Source: Selaginella moellendorffii | Taxonomy: Eukaryota; Plantae; Lycopodiophyta | Length of the DNA: 34,486 bases | NCBI RefSeq assembly: GCF_000143415.4 | Contig: NW_003314424.1 | Coordinates: 1-34,486 of the forward strand | Direction: 5' to 3' | Part shown: piece after piece, positions 24,014 to 34,486 of the stretch | Layout: every line of letters begins with the position of its first letter | Position numbering within the stretch: position 1 is the first letter of the stretch | The notes under the pieces: model-generated | Databases searched by the model: none | Told to the model about the DNA's origin: nothing | What the model saw: the letters and a program-made list of their open reading frames with translations, nothing else | Position numbers and translations under genes: made by a program

Positions 24014-24822
24014 ATGAATGAGTCTCTAAAAAGGGACACAAGAAGGACTAACACATGGAAGTGTTGAGATCCAGTCTAAAAAGGAATCTGAGATGGAGTC
24101 CAAGAAGGAGTCCAAGATAGAATCCGAGGAGTCTGAGATGGAGTTCAAGATGGAGTTTGAAGAGTCTAGGAAGGAATCTAAGATGGGGACCGAGACTGAG
24201 ACCAAGACTGAGACTAGAGCCAAGACCGGGCCCGAGTCCGAGTCTGAGTTCGAGTCCAAGTCTAAGTCCAAGGGTGAAAGGCCAACACAATCATATCCTA
24301 GACCCTAGGGGGTTTGGTAAGTTGCAAAAGTATAGTGTGAGACATAAATCCCTAAACCCCAAAGTAGAGCCGAAAGGGTGCCACGTAGTAGTGGCCAAAG
24401 TGAAAGCTAAATGAGCGTAATATATTTGGACTAAAAGCTCCGGCTTGAAGAGTNNNNNNNNNNNNNNNNNNNNNNNNNNNNNNNNNNNNNNNNNNNNNNN
24501 NNNNNNNNNNNNNNNNNNNNNNNNNNNNNNNNNNNNNNNNNNNNNNNNNNNNNACTCCTATCGGAGTGCTCAAGGAACGAGCATGAAGCGAGCAATAAAA
24601 GAGTCTCTAGAAAAAGGACACAAAAGGACCATTACATGACACATGGTGGAGTCTGAGAGGGACCGAAATGGAGTCCGAGATGGACCCAAGATGGAGTCTG
24701 AAATGGAGTCCAAGATGGAATCCGAAATGGACCTGAAATGGAGTTCGAGATGGACTGAGATGGAGTTTGAGATGGAGTTTGAGATGGACCCGAGATGGAG
24801 TCTGAGATGGACCCGAGATGGA
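24014..24822 (+). mobile_element. Mirror of the partial family-B LTRs (spans the assembly gap)
   Basis: Reverse complement of 10897-11609, with SNPs and a 12-bp unit indel. Confidence 0.8.
24454..24553. other. Assembly gap (100 N)
   Basis: Run of N. Its flanks mirror 11170 and 11153, so the other arm has only 16 bp here. Confidence 1.
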
Positions 24823-25289
24823 ATGGTAAAGCGTTACCCAAAGTTCAAAGAGCACAGCGGCACCCCAAAATTATACCTGCTATACAGGCCTGAGCCAAGC
24901 CAAGTGCTACGACAAGGCGGGACTCGTGGAAAAGGTTGGGATATAGAATCGCACATCCCTCCAATGTTTCACTCTCTCGTTTGCTAGGCCGGGCCGAATT
25001 GCTCTCACTCCACACGGTGAGGAATGGAATCCATTTTACTCTTGAGTGAAAAGTACATAGTTTTAAAATTTACACTCTGAATCAATTTCGACATGAAGAC
25101 CTCGATGAAGCCCCACTTACTCTGCACCGTCTTTGTTGCAGATAACATCCCTGGCTTCATATGCCGCTAACGGTGGTTGTAGCCAGGCCTCGCAGGCTTT
25201 TGAGAAGATGGCATGGATGTGGTTTCAGGCAAGTGTGTTACCATGATGTTCTTCCAAACTTTTCAAAGCTTTATTTACATTGAGGAACC

Positions 25290-26599
25290 TCACAACCAAA
25301 AGCTTGCAACCACCCAACAATCCATCTCTCTCGCCTGGAGCAGCACATACAAGAGTATGGCACAAACACATCCCACCGCGAGATTGGATCCCTGCGAGAT
25401 GGCAATGCAGCAGAGCATCACAAACAAGTCCCTCCTACTAGTTCAATCCGGGCATGCCATCGCCAGCTCCACCCCGGAGAAGAGCAGCAAGATCCCCAGC
25501 AGTCCCACTGGAAAAGCTGGCAGAATTCTCACCAGTGAGCCTCCCAAGAGAAGCCCCAGCACAAGCTTGCCACCGCTACCCCACTCGTGGCTCCGAAACG
25601 ATACTGCCCGGCCAGTTCTCCAGCGCCATGGCAAACCAGGAGAGCTCCAAACCAGCAGCCCACCAAGTTCATGAGCCCCACGCTCACCGAGACTTTGGTC
25701 GGAGTCACGGCATCCTTCTTGGCCGGGAAGAGATCGCTCGAGAGCTTGCAAACCGCCACCACCGAGTTGAGGATAGTGAGAGGGAGCTGTGGGATTGTGG
25801 CTCTCACAAACCATCTTTCAGTCGTGGGAAGAGATTCTAGTGATCTGTGGCATGGCCGGGCCAAACTGGAGCTCCTTGAGAATGTGTGGCCTCCTCACGA
25901 ACACCAGGATGATCCCGAGCACGAACACTGCTAAGGCAGTCGGGATCCTCTGGAAAAACTTCACGAGCTTTGACGATCTCGCTTGATGTTCTTCACGGTG
26001 CTCTTCATGATCATCGTGATGACGATCACCTTCACTGTTCGTCACGAAGTACTCGTAGCCCTCGCCGGATCCATTCACTAGCACGATGAATGCGAAGCAA
26101 ATCACTGCGAGGAGAATTCCATCCAAGCCCAGCCATGGTCGATCACCCATTGCCTTGTCCCTAGAGAGATTTTGATCCTTCATCACGTACTTGACAGCCT
26201 TGACTGCAAAAGAGCCCATGTGCAAGCTGGATGCCACGAACCACCGGCAATGGCACGATCCAAGCCACGACCTGTGATCAAGCCCGTGCTTCCAAGCACA
26301 AACACGATCGCAGACACACTGATCCCCGCGGCCATGATCTCATCCACACTGAGATGCTTGGATTCGGTGAAGGCCACCGCTGTGATGGATTTCATGGGCT
26401 GGACAGGCATTGGCACGCCAAAGAGCACGCTGGTGAGAACGTTGTAGATGCTCGTGGTGATGAGAGACCAAGATCCATGCCATTGACGAGAGCTACAGCC
26501 ATGACGATTGGGATGAATGTGCCCAGGTCGCAAAGCGAGCCGCTGAGCTCCTGCCATGGCCGCCTGCACTGGAGATTGCTGCACAGCCCTGTGCCATCA
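25290..26599 (-). pseudogene. Molybdate transporter (MOT1 family) pseudogene, second copy
   Basis: Mirror of 9120-10429 (sum 35719), with the same frameshifts and a few private SNPs. Confidence 0.92.
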
Positions 26600-26801
26600 C
26601 TGCGCCACTAACCTCCAAGAACCCTAAATTTATATAGTCCAAAAGCTGGCTCTTGTACTCGACCATTGGAAATGAGCAAAGAATTTTCTCTTTAATCATA
26701 CATGATGATCTGTCAAAGAATACCCTCTTTAATCACGAGGACACAGAATCTACACTCACACTAGTTTCAAACAAAATTGCTACTATTTGCTAGTAGAATT
26801 C

Positions 26802-27243
26802 CTAGAATCTACACTTAAAGCTTGTTCTAGCACAAAACTTTGCTCCCAGCAAGCACATCCAATCCACTGAAACTGGCTTGTAAGGCATACTCCTCACAAG
26901 TTCCTCGGCCTCTTCCACACACCCAGCTCGCCCCAAGAAATCCACCATGCAGCAGTAACCTTGCCTCGATCCTTGGTAGTGGCGAGATGCCCTTCTTGGG
27001 CGTGTGCCAAGAACATAATGACCCACAAGTGGCAATCGTGTCGCTCCATGGAGTCAAACACTGCTTGCGTGTGCTGATCTTGCCCAGCTTGCCATACCGA
27101 AGGATGACGAGATTGGAGAGGTAGCAGCAATCGCCAGGCAGCATTTGCTTCTGGGCGATCTCGATCCGGGAATGGGCATCAATTGCCTGCGTGGAATTGG
27201 TCGCGGAAGTGATGAGATCCACACACTCGGACTTGGACAGCAT
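26802..27243 (-). pseudogene. PLS/E-class PPR pseudogene with retained N-terminus and large internal deletion
   Basis: MLSKSECVDLI...YLSNLVILRYGKLGKI, then a frameshift to AVFDSMERHD...AQEGHL, then directly YCCMVDFLGRAG...MPYKP..W.CLLGA. Confidence 0.85.
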
Positions 27244-27392
27244 TAGTTTCTCTCGACACCGAAGCTAGCCTCTCATGAGATTAGAGAGAAGGGAGAGATT
27301 AGGGAAATTCTCGATGGCATCCTTCCAAAGTAGCCCCTAGCTTGGTTTGTTCATTCTAGTGAGCCAATGCATTGCAAAGAGCTTTTCCTAGC

Positions 27393-28570
27393 TGTAGCGT
27401 ACGTGGTTTTGACCCTTTATCCTATGGTGATTTACCATAGGATAACACCACGAAGCGGAACCTAAACCCTCTTTGTGCCACGTGACAGATGCCACGTGTC
27501 ACATACCACGTGTCCATGCCACGTGTCCATAGGAACCCGAGGTTCAGGGCCTTGGGCCACTGAACGAAGGAACGGTGCCAAACTCCCAAGCGTGACGCCA
27601 AGGAGTGATGGAACTGGACCACGGAGCAACTCCCGAGCATATAGCCCAAGGAGCGAAGGGACAGGAGCCCAGAGCGACTTGGAACAGTCCTGGAGCAACC
27701 AGCATCCCAATGCCAGGACCGGCACGCAAAACGGAGCCAAACGGAGTCTGGCGCTATTTCGGCATACCGGTGGCCTAACGTGAGGATATGGGTACTCCAC
27801 CAGCTAGCATGGAATGGAACTTGGGCTTAGACCCAAGCCGGACGCAGGACAAGGACAGGCACGCAAGCGGGAGCTAGACTATGCCTCAGGTTGGTCGGCC
27901 ATGCCCGACCTACCCACTATCCCTACTATACATTTGGAACCCCCCATAGCCCCCCCCCCCCCTTGAGGAACACACGCTTTGGGCTTTCACCCCAAGCCTC
28001 CCTTAGTATCAGGAGTTAGTCTCTGGGACAAGCTCGAAACCTACTAAATATGGAATGTCCCTAGATTGTGAATTTGGACACGGGACGAACACCATTGTGT
28101 TCAGGCCAACCTCTACATTCCGTAGATATGCCAAATGAGCAAATCTGGACACTTTCCATAATTAGCATTTGGGACCGAAATGAGACTAACACAAAGGGCA
28201 TGATAGCGAGGGTGTTTGGCAAACACGGTAAGCTATCATGTAGCGATATTGAGGGACCAATCTCAATACGCGAGGGTTCTTGTCACTAGCCAGTGCAAGA
28301 CATAACGAGACGGGAACTCCTTACCGGGCTAAGTATGCTTAGCTAATAACACGTAGGAATTCCGTCCTTATGCTCGTCCGGTCTAAGTACACTCGAAATG
28401 CCCAGTTAACTCCACTAGCACAAGAGGGACTGATAAAGGGTCCAGCAATACGGACCTCCTGCCATCGTGGCAGTAAGGTAAGAGTGTCTGTAAGGACTGG
28501 TCGACAGGTAACTTTCGATACCCAAAGTCACATTCGCGACATAGCTGCCTTCAAACAGTTTCCTTAGGCA
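27393..28570. mobile_element. GC-rich LTR-like repeat with G-box cluster, poly-C run and hairpins; only the distal part (about 8250-8643) remains in the left arm
   Basis: Four CACGTG within about 27478-27527, a poly-C run at about 27950, and a compositional break from the AT-rich flank. Termini are uncertain. Confidence 0.45.
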
Positions 28571-28809
28571 CTATAGATAGGAATAGAAATAAAGTGTGTA
28601 ACTTGTGAACTTAAAGTGAAATAAAAATGACACTACAAATATGGCAATGGCTAAACAAGCATCTAAATGTACAACCTTCCACTATTTCCCCAGTCTTGCA
28701 AGTGTTTGGGGAGCAATATTGTTTGAACATTTACCCCAAAGATGAATTGGTGAGTAAGATTACTCACCTAGACACCTAAAGTAGTAAGAAACAAATGTAT
28801 ATAAATGAA

Positions 28810-29393
28810 TAGCATGAGGCCTCATGCCAAGAAAATGACTTCATCCCTCCATAATACCTTAATCCAATCTGGATGGTGTCCAACCTCACACAAAAACATT
28901 AGTGTGAGGCCTCACACCATGAAAAAAAGCCCACCCACCTCCTCTAGCCTAGTTTCTCGACACCAATCTCCTTTGCATGCATGTTTATTGCATAAGTGAA
29001 TAAGATTGTCATCAAGAAACTAGGAAAAATATCACAAGCAATCTAAGTGTGAGGCCTCATGCTAGTAATCTCCATCAACACATTGTGACTGGACTCATGC
29101 TTAAGGATTAGCATGAGGCCTTATGCTAAAGTGCTAAAAAGATTTTGGTTTGTCTAGTTTCTTGATGGTAATCTTGCTTGAACATCTGTCCATGGGACAA
29201 GTAATATTATTATCAAGGAATTGGCAAACACACCCCATCCATTCTTAAGTGTGAGGCCTTATGCTAATAACCTCCTATAGAATTACCTCCACTACCCCTT
29301 TCATACACCCTATCCATTCTTGAGTCCTCATGCTATTAACCTGCTATAGAATTACTTCCATTACCCCTTTCACTTAGCATGAGGCCTCACACT
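28810..29393. repeat. Mirror copy of the AGGCCT-centred palindrome cluster
   Basis: Reverse complement of 7427-8010 (sum 36820). Confidence 0.85.
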
Positions 29394-30329
29394 AGGATCC
29401 ATTCTCTCCCATTTCAAAAATATTTTAAGTAATTCTAATAAGTTCTTTCATGTTTCTAGGCCCAGCAATCTAAAACACTTCTACATGAGTCCATCAGAGT
29501 GAAAGAGGCTGCAACTCCACACAACCACAAAAGTGGACGTTAGAGATACAAGATGATGATCTAGTGTTGGTGGATCTTACCAACCCAAACAGTCCAATAG
29601 TCTATGGGATTGTCATCAAAGAAGAGGAGATTCCTAACAAAGACATGAATAGGGAAGGAAGGCCATTTATACAGAGCTTCAAAAGACATTCATCAGGAAT
29701 ATTGTTCAAGACTCAGAGTTTAGGGTTCCATCAATTACAATACAGTCTGTAGAGAAGGAATTGATACAACCTTCACTGCTTATGGAATCCTCAAGGACAA
29801 ACTAACCGGCATTGTTGTTGTGGATAGTCAACAATAGGATTCTAATTGAGAGACTTTTTTATCAGAGGGAAATAGAAGAATTGGAGCATCCATTCCATGA
29901 CCTCTCCAACTACAATCCAAATGATAGACATAATGTCGATCAGGTTGTTGATGATAAACATACATTAAGCGATACATCCTCATTAACATCAACGTCAAAT
30001 GATTAGGAGTGTGAGGACGATGAAGACAAGGTACAACACAATGATAATGAAGAGGGTAATAGTGAGACAAAAAGTGACAAGTGATGAAATTCAAGACAAG
30101 AGTCCTTCCTCATCATGAAAAGAAGAAGAAGATGATGATGAACCACCACAGAAGAGGGTTAGATGTGAACTTTGGAGCAAGGTTGCAAGCAATAATGCAT
30201 GGACAAGCTAGGGACAAAAACCTCCATACAAAGCAAGAAAACAAAGTGTCACACAATAAATAAACCAAGAGATGGTAGAAATGAAGGTTCCATAGAGAGG
30301 AGCAAAAGGGTGAAATGATGACACCACAG

Positions 30330-31816
30330 TCTGAGACGCAAATCCCTAAGCCCCAAAGTGGAGCCGAAAGGGTGCCACGTGGTAGTGGCCGAAGCAAAAG
30401 CCAAACAAGCGTAACACGTTTGGACTAAAAGGCTTTGACTTGAAAGGTTGAGAGCGGGAATGGAACTCCCAACAGAGTGCTCAAGGAACGAGCATGAAGC
30501 GAGCAATAAGCGAGGCTCCAAAAAAGGGACCCAAAAGGACCAACGCATGACACGTGGAAGTGTCCAAGATGGAGTCCGAGATGGACCCAAGTTGGAGTCT
30601 GAGATGGACCCAAGTTGGAGTCCGAGGTGGAGTCCGAGATGGAGTTCGAGATGGAGAGACCGGGATTGAGACCAAGACCGAGACCGAGACCGAGGAGACC
30701 GGGACCGAGACTGAGACCGGGACTGAGACCGGGACCGAGACCGGGACCGAGACCGCGGCCGAGGCCGAGTCCGAGTCTGAGTCCAAGTCCGAGTTCGAGT
30801 CTAAGAGGGTGAAAGCCCAAAGCGTTCGTCTCCCAGACCCTGGGGGGTTTGGTGAGCTCCAAAAGTATAGTGAGGGGGAGGACTGCAATGGAGCCAATTT
30901 GGCCAGGAAAGGCCAATTTGGCCCAGGAAGGCCAGACCCAGTGTTGGGTGATGAACTGACCACTGGGAAGTCCAAGACTAGAGTGAATACGAACCGACAA
31001 GCGGGGTAACTTGGTGAAGTGTTCAAGAGCCGGCTCTAGTTCCCCTGGGAGATCGACTAGCCGATGCTCCCAATCCAAGTGTGGGTGGCACTACCTACTT
31101 GGATACCTGGTGTGGCTCAACGGAACCTCGCTCTAAGCCCATGGCTAGAGCACCTAAAGGCGAAAGGTGGGGAGAGTACCCACGGAGCTCGCGTAGGGCC
31201 ACGGTGTTCCGAAATGTTGTCCCGAAGTCCCAAATGGGGGAAAGGAGGAGGAGAAGTCCTCTAGTGTAGTGACTACGGATATGGTCACATGGTGAGGAAG
31301 TCCCAGAGGACAATGGGACTTAGTGGCCGGGCCTACGGGCCTTGATCTAGTGGCAATATTTGTGAACATGGCCATGGACAGAAAAGGGACTTGGCAGGAA
31401 CTGACAAAGGGATGTTGGGGAAGGCTATTCCCCATTTCTGTGGGCATCTTAAGGATTCTAAGGAGTGGATATAGGATGACCACTCGTGGACGGATAGCTC
31501 AGTCTTGGAGAGACGGGATTGTGATGCAAGTCGTATTGGACCACCAGTGTGGCAAAGGTGAATGGGCATGGCCTTAGTGTAATGGGCCAATATGTCAGTG
31601 GTACCTTTGGGTGTCGGTCTTGGGATTGGACACGTGGAGCACTTGGACCAAGTGCAAGGGATGAGTGGCATGGATGCCATTCTCGGGACTAGCAAGTCCC
31701 AAGTCCTAAATTGGACTTAAGGAGGTTGTGAATGAGACTCCTCCAAGAGGTCAGAGATGTGGTTAAGTGACGAAAGTAGAATGGAAACTTTAGTCGTTTA
31801 CAATTTGGTATCGGAG
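30330..31816 (+). mobile_element. Family-B 5' LTR (30330-31802) and PBS (31806-31816)
   Basis: ...TTTACA ATT TGGTATCGGAG; mirror of 5015-6490. Confidence 0.85.
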
Positions 31817-31897
31817 TTGTTCCTTAGTCCCACTTTTATTGGTGCTGAAGTATATCACCACTAGTGTTGGCATCGGAAGGTCCTAGGAGTGGGCTTG

Positions 31898-34093
31898 TGT
31901 TATGATCCAGCGCAAAAAGACAGAGATCTAGTTGCCCTAGACTATGCTACGCCACCTCTTGAGGTTCCTCACCACCCAACCACCCCCGAGCTACCTCAAA
32001 AGCTCCACTGTGCCGCCGCTCCACTGTGAGCTCTAGGGTAGGTTAAGTCCCTTACCCTAACATGCCTTAATATACCCTTGAGCCTCCCTTTGACTAACGT
32101 TGACCACATAGTCAAAGCTGGTGCCTAACAATTCTTCCCCCCCAACAAAGTCCTTGTCCCAAGGACGACTTATACCGGTGATCACCCTTTCTGGGGAACC
32201 CTACTCAAGCTCCTGGTCCATCTTCCACAGCCGTATACATCAAGGAGGCATTGGGCCCGTCACTCCGAGATAGTATGCCTTTCAACTGGCTGACATAAAA
32301 TACCGGATGAATTTTCACCCCAGCTGGCAGCCGCACTTGATAAGCTGCATTACCAATGCGCTCCAGCACTTCATATGGACCAGCATATCGATGGGAAAGT
32401 TTATCACTCTTCCCTGTCCGTAAAGGCACCAAGGTGTTCCGCCGCTCACTTGACGGAAAGATCACGCGCACAAAGACGAGATCACCCACCTTATATTCCC
32501 GGAATTGGCGATGCTCATTGGCAAACTTCTCTGCTCTATCCTGAGCTGCTTGTAAATTCCATTTGCACACCACCAAAATCTCATCAAGTTCTGTGGCCAA
32601 ATCAGTCGCCTCGGAATCAAGCTTATCTTGAACGTCCTTACTCAAATGCAAACCCAACTCCACCGTTGTTCGAGGATACCTTCCAAACATGGCAAAGTAA
32701 GGACTTAGCTTGGTTCCATTGTGTTGGCTATTATTGTAAGCAAATTGCACCAACGGAAGATATAGATCCCACTGTCCTTGCCTTTGACCAATGCTACAAC
32801 GTAGCATATCCTCCACCACCTGATTCACCCACTCGGTTTGCCCATTTGTCTGAGGATGATCTCCACTCGAGAGTTTAAAAGTCACTTGCATAGCTTTTGC
32901 AAAGCTTTTCCAAAATCCACTGGTGAACTTTGAATCTCGATCATTAATGATGTCCTCCAGCAAACCAAAATCAGGAAAAACCTTCTCCAAGTAAACCGCA
33001 GCCAAGTCTAAGGCAGTGATAGTCTTCCGAAGAGCCAACAACCGCACATACTTCGTCAACCGATCCACTATGACCCATACCTGCTCCTTTTGCCTCTGTG
33101 TTCGTGGCAAACAAGTGATGAAGTCCATAAAGATACTACACCAACGGATCTGAGGAATAGGTAAAGGTTGCAAAAGTCCCCCCGGCTTCTCCCGTGGCAC
33201 CTTAACCCACTGACAAAGCTCACATGATTTACAATACTTGAGGATATCAGCCTTAATATTCCTCCAATAAAAGTTGCGCTTAATCAACTCATACGTCTTT
33301 TTCCCCCCAAAATGACCGGCCTCTAGACGATCATGATAGTGGAATAAAACTTGAGTAATTAACGCATCCACCCATGGCAAATATACACGGCCATTGTAGT
33401 AATGAATCCCATCCACCAATGAGAAAGGGGCTTCCATCTGGTCTCGCAAAGAGGCCACCTCAGCATCCTGAGCCTGAGCATGCTCAACCAACTACCCAAA
33501 CTTGCTGACCACCTTACTCAAATGATGACAAAATCGTGTTCGTAACGTCGTCACATGACAAACACGAGATAAAGCATATGCCACCACATTTGATTTTCCC
33601 GGACGATGCTCAATAGGAAACTCCCCAAACTCCATGAGTTTGACCATCCAACGAGCTTGCCTAGTGTTCAACTCCTTCTGTGTGAACAGATACACAAGTG
33701 GTTTGTGATCTGTCAACACCACGAACATTGCACCATAAAGATAGTGCCACCACGTCCGCAAAGCATGAACAATAGAGAGTAACTTTTGCTCATATGTGGA
33801 ATAGTGTTGCTCCGCAGAATTCAAAGTTTGACTCTCATATGCAATAGGCTATCCCTCTTGCATGAGAACTCCTCCCAGTGCATAACCACTCGCATCGCAT
33901 GTCACCTCGTAAGGTTTTGATGGATCAGCAATGCAAAGCACTGGAGTCTCGCTCAACAATTGTTTCAGCGCCACAAAACTCTCCTCTTGTGGCTTCTTCC
34001 ACTCGAATGGCACATTCTTGCGTAACAACCGCGTCAAAGGAATAGCCACCTCTGCAAACTTATGCTGGAAACGTCGGTAGTAACTAGCCATAC
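31898..34093 (-). mobile_element. Gypsy element A mirror copy (LTR 31898-32130; integrase and RNaseH 32205-34093), interrupted at the TIR
   Basis: Mirror of 2739-4934 (sum 36832), including a 428-aa integrase ORF. Confidence 0.95.
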
Positions 34094-34486
34094 AAGCTCT
34101 ATTTCGTTAAAGTGGGAATTGTCATTATCCCACTTGTAAAATAAGGTTTCTAAACCTTTATATAGTATATAAATATAACAAAATTCAACTGCATTGAGGC
34201 ACATGCCATTTTATTTTAAACAAGGAAATGTCTACTCAATCACTTCTCCTCCCCCTGCCACTGCTTCACCTCTCTCTTCTCCTTGTCATCGTCGTCCAAT
34301 TTCTTTCCATCCTTTTAATACTGGCTCAGTTGCTCCAAGTCTAGGTGGAGCCCAAGTCCCCATTCAATCTTTACTTTCCCCTTATTAATAAAACAACTTC
34401 GTAGACTTCCAATAACATGCTGTAACACTTCTAGTATAATGCAAATCCTCTCAAAGAATTGTCTTTTAATATTAATACAATGGTTT
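34094..34486. mobile_element. Other end of the putative TIR DNA transposon (TIR 34094-34117), running off the window
   Basis: AAGCTCTATTTCGTTAAAGTGGGA cuts the Gypsy frame. The interior differs from the 268-757 interior. A subterminal TCCCACTT motif lies at about 34128-34135. Confidence 0.6.

Larger units (their letters stand above)
2739..34093. repeat. Giant inverted duplication: left arm 2739-15517, right arm 20099-34093, spacer 15518-20098
   Basis: ORFs along the arms have mirror partners with stepwise constant coordinate sums (36832, 36820, 35719, 35623, 35604, 35616). Confidence 0.97.

Noticed and set aside
27393-28285. Solo LTR TGTAG...TGTCA with CTAGC TSD
   Set aside because: CACTAGC recurs nearby, the termini are not well inverted, and similar sequence continues to about 28570, so chance cannot be excluded.
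32205-33491. Integrase ORF as part of an active retrotransposon
   Set aside because: Upstream pol has stops and is cut by the TIR at 34094. The mirror copy is cut by telomeric repeats.
2739-34093. Palindrome as a pure sequencing fold-back chimera
   Set aside because: The arms have private SNPs, a 1101-bp deletion, a TE replacement and a multi-kb spacer. A haplotype mis-join is still possible and needs reads.

Overview
This is a plant chromosome end. The PPR style and GC-rich intronless coding relics suggest a Selaginella-like lycophyte (inference only). I see no intact host gene. From the tip inward the order is: (CCCTAAA)n telomere, a telomere-truncated DNA-transposon end (24-bp TIR at 758-781), the 3' part of an L1/Tx1-type LINE, a second internal (CCCTAAA)n tract, and a Ty3/Gypsy element broken inside RT. 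From 2739 to 34093 the window is one giant inverted duplication, with arms at 2739-15517 and 20099-34093. Each arm carries Gypsy pol and LTR, a minisatellite-bearing LTR with a tRNA-Met PBS, a cluster of 18-bp palindromes, a PPR pseudogene, a molybdate-transporter (MOT1-family) pseudogene and a foldback element. The centre holds an old Gypsy relic interrupted by a solo LTR (5-bp TSD CTTTC) whose interior is amplified into five tandem copies of about 600-700 bp. The right arm stops at the matching 24-bp TIR (34094-34117). The architecture reads as a layered record of fold-back breakage, telomere healing and terminal retrotransposition. A 100-N gap lies at 24454-24553, and assembly or haplotype artefacts cannot be excluded without reads.
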